Source of the DNA: an uncultured Acidobacteriota bacterium
GTDB taxonomy: Bacteria > Acidobacteriota > UBA6911 > RPQK01 > JAPXNP01
Length of the DNA: 64,000 nucleotides
Direction of reading: 5' to 3'
Assembly: GCA_963777605.1 (NCBI GenBank)
Contig: CAVZRV010000015.1
Span: forward strand, 1 to 64,000
Position 1 is the first letter of the stretch, and each line of letters begins with the position of its first letter. Below, piece after piece: positions 1 to 10,053 of the stretch. The notes under the pieces were generated by a model. It searched no databases. It saw only the letters and a list, made by a program, of their open reading frames with translations, and was not told the DNA's origin. Both the position numbers and the translations under genes were made by a program.

Positions 1-45
1 TATAATTCATAGGCTCCGGAATGATCTCAGGCAGGAGGGTTATAG

Positions 46-1326
46 ATGAAGACTAAAGTAGTTTTGGCTTATTCGGGTGGCCTGGATACGTCGGTCATCC
101 TGAAGTGGCTGTTGAACAAGGGCTACGACGTGATTTGCTTCCTGGCCAATGTTGGTCAGAGGGAGGACTTCGAAAAGGCAAAGGAAAAGGCGCTGCAGAT
201 CGGGGCCTCACGTGTCTACATCGAGGACCTCCAGGAAGAGTTTGTAACCGACTACATCTTCCAGGCCCTCAAGGCCAATGCCACATACGAGAACCGGTAC
301 CTCCTGGGCACGTCACTGGCGCGTCCGCTGATCGCAAAACACCAGGTCCTGACCGCACACAAGGAAGGTTCGAGCCACGTTGCCCATGGCGCAACCGGCA
401 AGGGGAACGATCAGGTCCGTTTCGAGTTGGCCTACTACGCTCTCGACCCGCGGATCGAGGTGATTTCCCCCTGGAAGGATCCCGAGTTCCTGAAACAGTT
501 CCGCGGCCGAACCGACATGCTGGCTTACGCTGAAGAACACAAGATCCCGGTTTCGGCTACGCTGCGCAAGCCGTACAGCGAAGACGAGAACCTCATGCAC
601 ATCAGCCACGAGGCCGGTGTTCTCGAAGACCCCACCTCGATCGCCGGCGAGGAGATCTACTCCAAGACCGTCTCACCAAGGGAAGCACCCGATCGCGAAA
701 CGATCATCGAGATCGAATTCAAGGACGGCCTCCCGGTTCGAGTCACCAACAAGAACACGAATCGGGTCGTAACCGGGGCGCTTCCGATGTTCGAATACCT
801 GAACCAGCTCGGCGGGGAGAATGGCATCGGACGAATGGACATGGTTGAGAACCGATTCGTCGGAATCAAGTCGAGGGGGGTATACGAAACACCGGGAGGG
901 ACCATCCTTTGGACGGCTCACCGTGATGTCGAGGGCATCGCCATGGACAAGGAGGTCATGCACCTCAAGCAGATGCTCGAGCCGAAGTTCTCGGAGTATC
1001 TCTACAACGGCTTCTGGTTTGCGCCTGAAATGGATTTCCTGATGGCCGCTTTCAACCAGTCTCAGGAGGCCATCGACGGCAAAGTCACTCTCTCGCTCTA
1101 CAAGGGGAACGTGCTGGCTGTCGGTCGGGAGTCTCCCAGTTCACTGTACAGCCGCGAACTGGGCAGCATGGACGTCGAGGGTGGCTTCGACCAGACGGAT
1201 GCGAAGGGTTTCATCAAGCTCAACGCCATTCGCCTCAAAGCCCACAACGTCATCCTGGACAAGAAAAAGATCGGCCTGTACCACGTGATCCAGCCCGCCG
1301 ACCTCGATGAGGAGGAAAGCAACTGA
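46..1326 (+). CDS. argG: Argininosuccinate synthase
   Basis: [26 protein letters not shown] and [19 protein letters not shown] motifs; RBS GGAGG upstream. Confidence 0.97.
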   Translation: MKTKVVLAYSGGLDTSVILKWLLNKGYDVICFLANVGQREDFEKAKEKALQIGASRVYIEDLQEEFVTDYIFQALKANATYENRYLLGTSLARPLIAKHQVLTAHKEGSSHVAHGATGKGNDQVRFELAYYALDPRIEVISPWKDPEFLKQFRGRTDMLAYAEEHKIPVSATLRKPYSEDENLMHISHEAGVLEDPTSIAGEEIYSKTVSPREAPDRETIIEIEFKDGLPVRVTNKNTNRVVTGALPMFEYLNQLGGENGIGRMDMVENRFVGIKSRGVYETPGGTILWTAHRDVEGIAMDKEVMHLKQMLEPKFSEYLYNGFWFAPEMDFLMAAFNQSQEAIDGKVTLSLYKGNVLAVGRESPSSLYSRELGSMDVEGGFDQTDAKGFIKLNAIRLKAHNVILDKKKIGLYHVIQPADLDEEESN

Positions 1327-1806
1327 CCTTTTCGACCGTGTTCTGAATCGAGAGATGCCCTCTTCCGGCGCATCTTCCTCGGCCTCGGCCAACTCAATGC
1401 GTTCCCCCCGGCGCCCGGCTCGGGGGAAGCGCTCATGCAGGCCCGCTTTGGTCGCTTCCCGCCCGCCTTCCGATCGACCCAACTTCTTGGTCCCATGCGG
1501 TTTCGGTGATCCGGATCACAAGATTCCATCCCGTTCGCGACTAAGCTCAGGGCGACCAGTTGTGGCAACTCCGGGGAGCTGTGGTCCGATACTGCACTCC
1601 CGTCGAGGACTCAAGCACTTATGACGAAGATCAGCATTGCACGCCGCAGACTCGAACTCCAGGACCGCTCCCACTCGTCCTCTAATCGAGCTGATGCCCA
1701 TCACTCCAGGCCGCTGAACTTTGTGGGCAACGTACCCGTGACCGACGGAGACAGTCCTCCCGGAACCAGGACTCTGGCATTTCCGATTCCAGAAGGAGAT
1801 GCATAC

Positions 1807-2106
1807 ATGATTGAGAGTCTTTCTCGTGAAAACCACCACGGCCGGAGGGAGCTGTCGGCGACTCTTCAGCGGGAAGGGACCCTCCTTGTCATGCGTATCC
1901 AGGCCCCCTCGGTGAACCGCAAACTCATTTCATGCGAGGTTGTATCCGAGATGTTGGGAATGAGCCGGACATACGTATACCAACTGGCTCGTGAAGGCAA
2001 GATACCCACCTATCGAATCGGGAGAGCCCTTAGGTTCGATCCGTTGGACATTTTCGATTTCATGGCCAATTGCCTCGATCGATCAGGGAAACCGTCATGT
2101 ACCTAG
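1807..2106 (+). CDS. Excisionase-family (HTH_17-like) DNA-binding protein
   Basis: C-terminal EVVSEMLGMSRTYVYQLAREGKIPTYRIGRALRF; AAGGAG RBS before ATG 1807; overlaps the next gene. Confidence 0.75.
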   Translation: MIESLSRENHHGRRELSATLQREGTLLVMRIQAPSVNRKLISCEVVSEMLGMSRTYVYQLAREGKIPTYRIGRALRFDPLDIFDFMANCLDRSGKPSCT

Positions 2107-3611
2107 ATTACTGGGCCCTGAGCAGGAATCCGTTCGACAACGTGCCGGATCCAGGAATGTATTTTGACGATCACGACGCGGTTGAAGGAACGGTCGCCGA
2201 ATTGCTCTTTGCAATCGAAGAAGGCAACGAGTGTCTGGCTGTCGTCGTTGGTGAGGTCGGGCTGGGCAAGACGATGTCACTGCGGGTCGTTCTGAATGAG
2301 CTTGACCCCGAACGGTATCGCATTGCGTTCGTCACCAATCCGGACCTCACATTTGCCCAACTGCTTCGGGAGATCATCGGACAGCTGGTCGGCAAGACAT
2401 GTTCGATCCGCGGACGGGATCAACTGCTTGAAGAGTTCAACCGGGTTCTCTTCGAGACTGCCGACGCAGGACGGCGGGTTCTCGTCTTTATCGACGAGGG
2501 CAACGCACTCCGCAGTTCCAGCCTGGAAGGCCTCCGGCTGCTGACCAACATGCAGGAGGACGACCGCAACCTGCTGACGCTCATTGTCGCCGGGCAGCCC
2601 AAGTTGGGGAGAATGCTCGAAGATCCCCGCAGAACCAACCTCTTCCAGCGCGTAGGCGTCTACGCCAGGCTGTCTCCGCTTGACACGGTCGACAAGGTCC
2701 GATCCTACGTGAACTACCGTCTAAAACGGGCCGGGCAAGAGAAAGAGCTTTTTGACGAAAGAGCGGTCGAAGCTCTCTACCGGCACAGTAACGGAATCCC
2801 CCGACTCGTGAACCGCCTTTGCAAGCTAGCTCTCAAATCGGGCGAGACCAATCGACTCGACATCATCAACGGAGAACTGGTCGAGGCAATATCGGATCGT
2901 TTTGAGCCCAAGTTCAGGGCGAGTTCCAGGTCCCGCAGGGCAAAGAGCCGGCGTAAGCCGAAAGAGGCTGCCAGACGACGGAAGGCTCAAGCCCCAGTGA
3001 AAACCCCGGACGAAGTCTCCGCTGTCGCAACTGAAGCGGTAAGCGATCAAGTCCCCGCCACGGTGGAGTTCCCGAAGGCAGCCGCCCCTGATCCCCCCCA
3101 CGAAAGTCCGGCCGATGCCGAGATGGTCGCGGAAACTGAGCCAGACGAGGGGACACACTCCCCGCCCGCATTAAGGCAGTCCGTAACTCCAGAGGAAGTA
3201 CCCGAGGCTTCGGCGGCACCCGAACCGGAGGCTCTGCGAGTTGAGGCTCCCTGCCCGGCGAACGAGGTCTCCGAGCAGAGTGCCACCCCCGTGGAAGAGG
3301 CTCCCGTCTCAACGCCGAGTGAAGTGAGTCCGCCAAAGCCTCTGTCCGTGCCGTCCAACGGCAACGGCGCTGGTCCCAAACCAACCGCCGCCCCGGTCCA
3401 GAACAACGGGTCCCAGGATCCATTTCTGATTCCGGGCGAAGTCGTCGAGGCACTCAGGAATCTGACGGACGACCGTCAGCGACTCCGGCTGGCCGGCCAG
3501 CTTGCCGCAAGGCAGATCCAGGAGCACCCGGAGAGATATACCGGCGCGACCCTGGATCCAGTCAGGGCATGGGACCAGCTTCGCGAGGCAATCCTCAAGA
3601 AGGTCTCCTAG
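2097..3611 (+). CDS. ExeA/GspA-family AAA ATPase with long Pro/Ala/Glu-rich linker and small C-terminal domain
   Basis: MYLDYWAL..NPF..PDP N-terminus, Walker A GEVGLGKT, Walker B VFIDEG, LIVAGQP, GIPRLVNRLC. Confidence 0.88.
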   Translation: MYLDYWALSRNPFDNVPDPGMYFDDHDAVEGTVAELLFAIEEGNECLAVVVGEVGLGKTMSLRVVLNELDPERYRIAFVTNPDLTFAQLLREIIGQLVGKTCSIRGRDQLLEEFNRVLFETADAGRRVLVFIDEGNALRSSSLEGLRLLTNMQEDDRNLLTLIVAGQPKLGRMLEDPRRTNLFQRVGVYARLSPLDTVDKVRSYVNYRLKRAGQEKELFDERAVEALYRHSNGIPRLVNRLCKLALKSGETNRLDIINGELVEAISDRFEPKFRASSRSRRAKSRRKPKEAARRRKAQAPVKTPDEVSAVATEAVSDQVPATVEFPKAAAPDPPHESPADAEMVAETEPDEGTHSPPALRQSVTPEEVPEASAAPEPEALRVEAPCPANEVSEQSATPVEEAPVSTPSEVSPPKPLSVPSNGNGAGPKPTAAPVQNNGSQDPFLIPGEVVEALRNLTDDRQRLRLAGQLAARQIQEHPERYTGATLDPVRAWDQLREAILKKVS

Positions 3612-3632
3612 ACGACGGATTGACCGCCCCTG

Positions 3633-4262
3633 TTAACGGCTGCCGATGCAGGCCCAGTGCGGCTTGTATCCCCTTAGTTCGGCTTCCGCCCGGCCCTGGA
3701 GTTCCACCGTACAGTTGGGGCAGTCGTAGTACTCGCATCGATCCGAGTGATAGCTGTAACTGCGAGAGTTCCCGTGCAGAGGCCGCTTCCTTTCCGCCGG
3801 AGATAATCTTCCCCAGAGGCCCTTTCCCTCGATACGGGCCCGGTCCTCAGCTTCCAGGAATTCCTGGCGGAACCGGAACGGGAACTGGGTATAGGCATAG
3901 GCGAAGCCTTCCCGGACCAGGAGCAGGTTGAAGAACCGGCCGTCCTCAAGATAGAGGTACACCAACGCCCGACCATGACGGTCTTCCAGCTCATCTCCCC
4001 GTTCCACCCGGACCTGGCGCCCCTGAAGCATCTCTCGCGTGAAGTCGGCTGCCTCAGGCCCAAAGCGTTCCTGGGGGGAACCCGGTTTCACACTTTCCGG
4101 CGAATCCACTCCGATAAGCCTGGCTCTACCAAGCCCGCTCAAGATCACGGTGTCACCATCGACCACCCGCTTGACCGAGTCTCCGATCGTCACATACGCC
4201 GCCGCGCAACAAAGCGCACCGGCCAGAATCAAACCCAGGCTACGGCCTCGTAATGTAAACAA
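3633..4262 (-). CDS. Thermonuclease (SNase-like) with C-terminal Cys-containing (Ada-like) segment
   Basis: RVVDGDT, RLIGVDSPE, DRHGRALVY and GKGLWG motifs; N-terminal hydrophobic signal; tail GNSRSYSYHSDRC..C..C. Confidence 0.88.
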   Translation of the reverse strand: MFTLRGRSLGLILAGALCCAAAYVTIGDSVKRVVDGDTVILSGLGRARLIGVDSPESVKPGSPQERFGPEAADFTREMLQGRQVRVERGDELEDRHGRALVYLYLEDGRFFNLLLVREGFAYAYTQFPFRFRQEFLEAEDRARIEGKGLWGRLSPAERKRPLHGNSRSYSYHSDRCEYYDCPNCTVELQGRAEAELRGYKPHWACIGSR

Positions 4263-4390
4263 TCGCAGCGCTCCAGGAATCGCTGAGCAAGCTCAGACGT
4301 TCAGCCGACATGCCCCCGCAACCAACTCAGTCCATTCCAGAGCACCGAACCGTGCGGTTCTGGGGTTGGCACCGGGACCAGGTTCCGATT

Positions 4391-4813
4391 TCAGTCAGCC
4401 GGCCCCTCTTTCCGACCGGGAGCGAGTCGGGCTTCCGAGATGCGAACGAGGACGTAGGCAATCATCGCAAAGACGAAGAAAACGAGCAAAAGCCAGGCCA
4501 GCCCCTGCATCGTTCCCACGACAGTGCGATAGACTTCGAGCACCCATCGATCCGCGTTCAACACGAGTGGACCCTGTGTCGAATCCGGCAACCGCGTCGG
4601 GTCAATATACTTTTCCAGGTCCCAGATTCTCACCCCGCTGGAAATCCCGACGACGAAGATCGCGAACGTCAGGTAACGGACCCACGCACGGTAGATTTCG
4701 TCGGCAAAGATCCTTTTCAGGATTCTGGTCACCGCCGGGTGGAAGGCCGCCGCAATTCCCCCCGAGACACCAGTAGCGATCACAAACGTTGCTGCCAGAA
4801 GTGATAAGAACAT
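4391..4813 (-). CDS. Conserved-looking hypothetical membrane protein (3 TM)
   Basis: Three hydrophobic segments; RBS-like GGGGGAAG before ATG. Confidence 0.7.
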   Translation of the reverse strand: MFLSLLAATFVIATGVSGGIAAAFHPAVTRILKRIFADEIYRAWVRYLTFAIFVVGISSGVRIWDLEKYIDPTRLPDSTQGPLVLNADRWVLEVYRTVVGTMQGLAWLLLVFFVFAMIAYVLVRISEARLAPGRKEGPAD

Positions 4814-4905
4814 CTTCCCCCCCGATTTGCCTAAGCATCTCTTTCCGCGGCCAGGAAAGCAATCGAAGATTTCAGGTAGCTCCAGCGATGAGTATAATGG
4901 CGTCC

Positions 4906-5412
4906 ATGTTGCAACGCTTCGCCCTCCTGCTCATTGTGATCGCTTCTCTTGCGCCGTTCGCCTCGGCTCAGGCTTCCCAGGGAGATTTCGATCCTGCCGT
5001 CTCGGGAGGTCCGTTCCTGGGAGGAGGAGCCTTTTTCAACACGAGTAGGAATACCAGTGACTTGGCTCTTGAAATGGGAGGCATGGCCGACTTCCGGCTC
5101 AAAGAACGGTTGGGGCTTGCGCTGTCTGCCGGGTTTATGGCCAACGTTTCAGACAACGACGCGTACTCCGATCGAACCGGGCTTTACACCGCTGGATTGC
5201 GCTATTCCTTCTCATCCGAAAAACTGGCTCCGTTCGTCACCGGCGGATACGCTCTTTCGTCAGGTGAAGGCCAGACCCACCACTTCGGGTTTGCCGGCAC
5301 AGGAGTACGATACTGGTACGGAGAGAGGATTGGCGTGCAGTTCGAGGTGCGCGACTACCTCACCTCGGACATCAATTTCCTCCAGGGAAGAATCAGCGTC
5401 CTGCTCCGGTAA
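4906..5412 (+). CDS. Outer-membrane beta-barrel protein (OmpA-like 8-strand)
   Basis: Signal peptide ending ASA-Q; alternating beta-strand pattern (APFVTGGY, GTGVRYWY, VQFEVRDY). Confidence 0.7.
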   Translation: MLQRFALLLIVIASLAPFASAQASQGDFDPAVSGGPFLGGGAFFNTSRNTSDLALEMGGMADFRLKERLGLALSAGFMANVSDNDAYSDRTGLYTAGLRYSFSSEKLAPFVTGGYALSSGEGQTHHFGFAGTGVRYWYGERIGVQFEVRDYLTSDINFLQGRISVLLR

Positions 5413-5421
5413 CGAGCGGCG

Positions 5422-8400
5422 TCAGAACGTGACCGGCTCTGCGTTTCGAAGGATCTCGCGGGCATCCGTTTCCCATAGTGTCCCTCCGTCGAGTCGAGCC
5501 AGCTCAACCACCAAATGGCGGGCTTCGACTTCCGGATCGGTAAGCCGGCCGAGTCCCTGCAGACACGAAGGGCAGTTGGTAATCACCGGAGCATCCCGCC
5601 CAGCGGCCAAGCCGGCTTCCCGCACTGCGTCGGCTTTCTTTCTGAGCAGCGCATCGGATAACGCCGGTCGGCTCAATGCAAGAGTTCCAGCCTGGGAACA
5701 GCAGTGCGGGATTGATCGAACCGGCCGTCCAAACACCGATTCCAACAGGGAGAGCCCGTCACCCGAAAGAGAGTCGTGACAAGGCGCATGGTAGTAGACA
5801 CTCCTGCCGGAACTTCGCAGTTTCCGACGGGCCAGGACAATACGGGCCGTGTCTTCGAGCCGGGCTCCAAAGATCGTTTCAAGTTCCCTGAGAGCTTCCT
5901 TGCAGGTTCCACAGGAAACGGCGCAGTAGGAGAAATCGAGGTAGCCCAACATCTCTTTGAGCTGGCTGAAGATGATCGTGTTTTTGATCGCGATTCGCTC
6001 GAACTGCTCCGCCCTGGCGTTGGCCCGATGGGGGAATCCGCAACAAAGGTAACTCGGGGGGAGGACGACCTGGAAGCCGCTGCGAAAGAGGAGGTAGATC
6101 GACGCCAGGGCAATGTTGGAGAAGAGCCTCTCGGAACCGCATCCCGGAAAGTAGAAAACGGCAGGAGTCGAACGGTCTGCCTGGGGCAGGAGGAAGCCCT
6201 GGTTCCGGGCCGCATGGGGGAGCAGGTCCGGCAGCTCAGCCACTGAAGGAAGCGGCAGTGGGGAATGCAACAACTTCTGATGGCCGCCCCGCGAACCGTC
6301 ACTGCCGACCGAGTCGACCGTGGCAAGGACGCGGGAAGCAAACCGCTGAGCTCTCCCTCCCCAACGAAGGACGACCTTTCTGAACAACCGATTGGCGCTT
6401 TTCGATCGAGATTCCAGGTAACTGAGTGAAAGGCCGGTCAGCATGCCCGAGTGCTTGTACTGTCGCGCCTCGAGAATTTCACGCTCCAGCACGGAAACGT
6501 CCCCGGTATCGATATCCACCGGGCACGGCTCGAGGCACTTGTGACAAACCGTGCAATGGTCGGCGATCGATTCCAGGTACTTCAACGCGTCAAAGCGGGT
6601 TGAATGAGAGCGCTGTGCATCATAAAGCAGCGCTTCGATCACCGACCCGATCGCAAGGTTCTTGTTGCGGGGATGAAAGAAGAGATTTTCGGCGGGAATG
6701 AAGACACAACAGTTAGGCTTGCAGCGACCACATCGCACGCAGGCCGCGATCTTCTCGGACAACTGTTCCAGGGAACCGTACTGGAGAATCCTCGCTTCCA
6801 GCTCGAGCAGGTTGAACGAGGGAGTGAAAACCCGTTCGGGAACCGTCCGGTCCCTCAGTTTACCAGGATTGATCCACCCTTTCGGATCTACTTCCCGGCG
6901 ATACCGGTCGAGGTCGTCCAGCCTCTCCGGTTCGAGATACTTCAACTTGGTGAAACCGATTCCGTGCTCTCCGCTGACCACCCCTCCCAGGCGCACGGCT
7001 TCGGCCATTACCTCGTCCGCAACCGCCGCCGCGCGCCTCATCATCACCCGGTCGTTGGAAAAGACCGGAATGTTGACGTGGATGTTGCCGTCACCGGCGT
7101 GCATGTGGGTCGCAATGACAATAAGTCGAGACCGGCCGCGGGTTCGCATCTCCTCGATGCGTTCAAGGGCCTGCGCGTAACCACTGAAAACCCCTCTCAA
7201 GCCCCGGATTAGCGAGTTGAGAACGTTCATTCCCCTGAGTTGGTCCAGGCCGGCTGCGTCCAGCTGAGACTGGGCCTGCGTGCAGAGTTCGTGAGCCTGG
7301 GGCAGTTTGGCAACAAACCACTCCGACTCGTCGGCCGCCGACTCCTTCTCGAGAGCATGACGAACCTCGCTGATCAGCATCGACTGGTTGGCCCGTTCCT
7401 CCCGAAGATTGACGCGCTCGACAAATCGGGCGAAATCAGCCAGGGCCTTCAGGGGCAGAACGATGTCTTCGTTCAACTTGAACGCATTGGTTCTTCGGGC
7501 GATGGCGCCAAGCCGCTTGCGATCCCTCCAGAACCACTCACTTTCCTGCTCGGATCGGGCACGGAAACAGACCGTGTTGGAGTGCTCGCCCAAAAGGGTT
7601 TGCAGCCGATCAACTCCCCGGGAAAGTTCCGGTTCCGAATGCGCAACCATGTCGATTAACAACACGGCCTTGGGCCGCCCCACGCCCGAGGACTTGGACT
7701 TGTATCCGATGGCCCGGACATACTCTTCGTCAAAATGCTCGAGGGCCATCAACCGCGGGCCGCCCTGGTGGGGAAAAGACTCGGAAATCGAAGTAATTAC
7801 CCTTCCGGCTTCGTCCATGCTTTCGCCGAAGAATTCCAGGCAAAACGTCGCCTTCAACGGGTACGGCCGATAGAGGATGAAATCGGCTGAGGTGATCACC
7901 CCGTCGGTGCCCTCTTTCTGGATGCCGGGGAGGCCTCTGAGCGCCTTGTTGGTGATGTCCTTCCAGAGACCCGGCTTGCGGATTTCAGAAGCATCGAGAA
8001 CGATCGTCCGGACCTCGCCGCCCGGCGAACTGACCTCGTAACGGAGTTCATCGCCCGGAAGAATCTTTCGAATCGGATGGCCGATTCGCCTGACCGAATG
8101 CAACCGGCCGTCCGCCATGGCGATTCGAAACGAAAGCAGATTGTCGATGGCGGTTCCCCACAGGACCGCTGTCCGTCCACCCGCGTTTTCGGCGATGTTC
8201 CCTCCGATCGTGCAGGCCCACGAACTTGTTGGATCGGTGGCGAAGACATAGCCGTGGGCATCGGCGTAGGCCATGGCGTTTTCGGTAACTACGCCGCTCT
8301 CCAGTGAAATCGACGCGGCCTCCCCGCCTCCCGGCATTGCGACTGAAGCGATGCCCCGGATGGCATTGAGCTTTTCAGTATTTATGATGACGCAATTCGG

Positions 8401-9021
8401 CGCCACGGGAACGCACCCCCCGGTTAAGCCGGTTCCTGCCCCCCTCGGGATCACCCGGTAGCCAAGCCCCCCGATCCGCTCGAGCAATGGCGCGACCTGC
8501 CCTTCTTCGCTTGGGAATACGACCGCGAACGGCAGGTACAACCGCCAGTCGGTCGCGTCCGTCGCATGGCCGGTGACGGTGAAAGGGTCGAACGCAACGT
8601 TTCGGGGTCCGATCAATTCGCCAATGCGGCGGCGAAAGCGGGCTCTCTCGGACGGGGTTTTCCTGACCCTGCGTTCGAGTTCGTCAATCAAGCTCTGGCA
8701 ATCGGCCAGCAGGGCGAGGGCTTCCGGGTTGCCCTCAGCTCCTCGTGCGATCGTCTCCAGGTCGGACCGGCACATTCCGAAAAAGCGCTTCCGGCGCCCG
8801 GCAGACTCGACCAACTCTTCGAGGATGAACGGGTTGCGATGAACCACGAACAACTCGCCCACAACTCGCATGAACAGGCGCGCCGAACGTCCGGTAACCC
8901 GTTGCGAGCGCAATCGCTGAAGCCTGCCCCAAGCCACCTCTCCGAGGAGGTTCCGAACGACGACGGAATCGTCGGCCGACGTGTAGTTGAAGGGAATCTC
9001 TCGGTAACTTCGATCGCTCAT
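5422..9021 (-). CDS. FAD-binding oxidoreductase fused to 4Fe-4S and CCG domains (DUF3683-type, GlcD/GlcF-like)
   Basis: REIPFNYTS N-terminus, IPRGAGTGLTGG, TIGGNIAENAGG, HAGDGNIH, SGEHGIG, CVRCGRC..C, CTVCHKC..CP and CCG motifs. Confidence 0.9.
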   Translation of the reverse strand: MSDRSYREIPFNYTSADDSVVVRNLLGEVAWGRLQRLRSQRVTGRSARLFMRVVGELFVVHRNPFILEELVESAGRRKRFFGMCRSDLETIARGAEGNPEALALLADCQSLIDELERRVRKTPSERARFRRRIGELIGPRNVAFDPFTVTGHATDATDWRLYLPFAVVFPSEEGQVAPLLERIGGLGYRVIPRGAGTGLTGGCVPVAPNCVIINTEKLNAIRGIASVAMPGGGEAASISLESGVVTENAMAYADAHGYVFATDPTSSWACTIGGNIAENAGGRTAVLWGTAIDNLLSFRIAMADGRLHSVRRIGHPIRKILPGDELRYEVSSPGGEVRTIVLDASEIRKPGLWKDITNKALRGLPGIQKEGTDGVITSADFILYRPYPLKATFCLEFFGESMDEAGRVITSISESFPHQGGPRLMALEHFDEEYVRAIGYKSKSSGVGRPKAVLLIDMVAHSEPELSRGVDRLQTLLGEHSNTVCFRARSEQESEWFWRDRKRLGAIARRTNAFKLNEDIVLPLKALADFARFVERVNLREERANQSMLISEVRHALEKESAADESEWFVAKLPQAHELCTQAQSQLDAAGLDQLRGMNVLNSLIRGLRGVFSGYAQALERIEEMRTRGRSRLIVIATHMHAGDGNIHVNIPVFSNDRVMMRRAAAVADEVMAEAVRLGGVVSGEHGIGFTKLKYLEPERLDDLDRYRREVDPKGWINPGKLRDRTVPERVFTPSFNLLELEARILQYGSLEQLSEKIAACVRCGRCKPNCCVFIPAENLFFHPRNKNLAIGSVIEALLYDAQRSHSTRFDALKYLESIADHCTVCHKCLEPCPVDIDTGDVSVLEREILEARQYKHSGMLTGLSLSYLESRSKSANRLFRKVVLRWGGRAQRFASRVLATVDSVGSDGSRGGHQKLLHSPLPLPSVAELPDLLPHAARNQGFLLPQADRSTPAVFYFPGCGSERLFSNIALASIYLLFRSGFQVVLPPSYLCCGFPHRANARAEQFERIAIKNTIIFSQLKEMLGYLDFSYCAVSCGTCKEALRELETIFGARLEDTARIVLARRKLRSSGRSVYYHAPCHDSLSGDGLSLLESVFGRPVRSIPHCCSQAGTLALSRPALSDALLRKKADAVREAGLAAGRDAPVITNCPSCLQGLGRLTDPEVEARHLVVELARLDGGTLWETDAREILRNAEPVTF

Positions 9022-9263
9022 GCCTGAAACGGAGGCGGACTGTTTTGAGCACTCTCCGAGTCCGGCTCGTAGAAATGATAATGACCTTACCCACTGAGTG
9101 ACAAGCTCTGCCGGTCCCGAACGGGTTTACGCACGTTCGGCAGCAACCCACTTCACGAAAGGGCAGATTCGAGATCGAGAGTTGAAAAGTCATCCGGTTC
9201 ATGAAAAATTGGTTAAGCGGCACAATTGGTTGAATACTCAACTCAGGTTGAAAAGCTACGGTT

Positions 9264-9611
9264 ATGGGAAGAAGAATTCTGCTTGTCGAAGATGAGATGG
9301 TGTTGAGGGGCCTCGTGACCTCGGTGCTCGAGGCTGCGGGCCACAGCGTCGAGACAAGAGAGAGCGCTGAAGACGTACTGACCCTGATCGACGAGGGGGA
9401 CTTCCCATTCGACGCGGTCGTCACCGATCTGCAACTGGTCAGCATGAACGGAGCCGAACTCGCCGGCATCATCCGAAGTAAATTTCCCGAAGTCAAGTTG
9501 CTTCTGACAACCGGCTACGGCAGTGCGTTCACCGAGGAGTTTCCGATCCTTCCGAAGCCCTTCCGGCCTGCGGATCTCCTCAAAGCGATCGACCACCTTT
9601 TCCTTCAATGA
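9264..9611 (+). CDS. Single-domain response regulator (CheY-like)
   Basis: ILLVEDE, phospho-Asp in VVTDL, TGY, KPF. Confidence 0.9.
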   Translation: MGRRILLVEDEMVLRGLVTSVLEAAGHSVETRESAEDVLTLIDEGDFPFDAVVTDLQLVSMNGAELAGIIRSKFPEVKLLLTTGYGSAFTEEFPILPKPFRPADLLKAIDHLFLQ

Positions 9612-9705
9612 AATAAGTGTTGAAGCCCTGCGGGTGTGCTAACGTAGGACCAGCGCAGATCCATCTCAGTGTCAACACTTGTCTCCGCGAAAGGAGTTTA
9701 AGATT

Positions 9706-10053
9706 ATGCTCGATGCCATCAAGAAGACTTACCTCCTGGGGCTTGGTCTGGCGACCGTAACCCGAGAGAAAGTCGAGGAAGTGGTCGATGAACTGGTCCG
9801 CAGAGGAGAAGTTGCCGAGAAGGACCGATCTCATGTTGTCCAGGACTTCATGGACCGGGCTCGCGATGAACAACGCAAGCTCAGTTCCTCTGTAAAGGAA
9901 ACGGTCCAGAAAGTGATCGGGGAATTGGGGTTGCCGAAAAAGACCCAGTTCGAGGAACTCCTTCGCCGGGTCGAAGACCTGGAAAAGCAGACCCATTTTC
10001 ATGGAGCGAGTGCCGACAAGGCGGGCAATGATTCAACCGCTGAAGGCGATTAG
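9706..10053 (+). CDS. Phasin-like / PHA granule-associated family protein
   Basis: YLLGLGLATVTREKVEEVVDELVRRGEV ... FEELLRRVEDLEK; AAGGAG RBS. Confidence 0.75.
   Translation: MLDAIKKTYLLGLGLATVTREKVEEVVDELVRRGEVAEKDRSHVVQDFMDRARDEQRKLSSSVKETVQKVIGELGLPKKTQFEELLRRVEDLEKQTHFHGASADKAGNDSTAEGD

Noticed and set aside
1330-1800. Riboswitch or small gene between argG and the HTH gene
   Set aside because: No recognisable aptamer consensus, and the ORFs there have no protein-like features.
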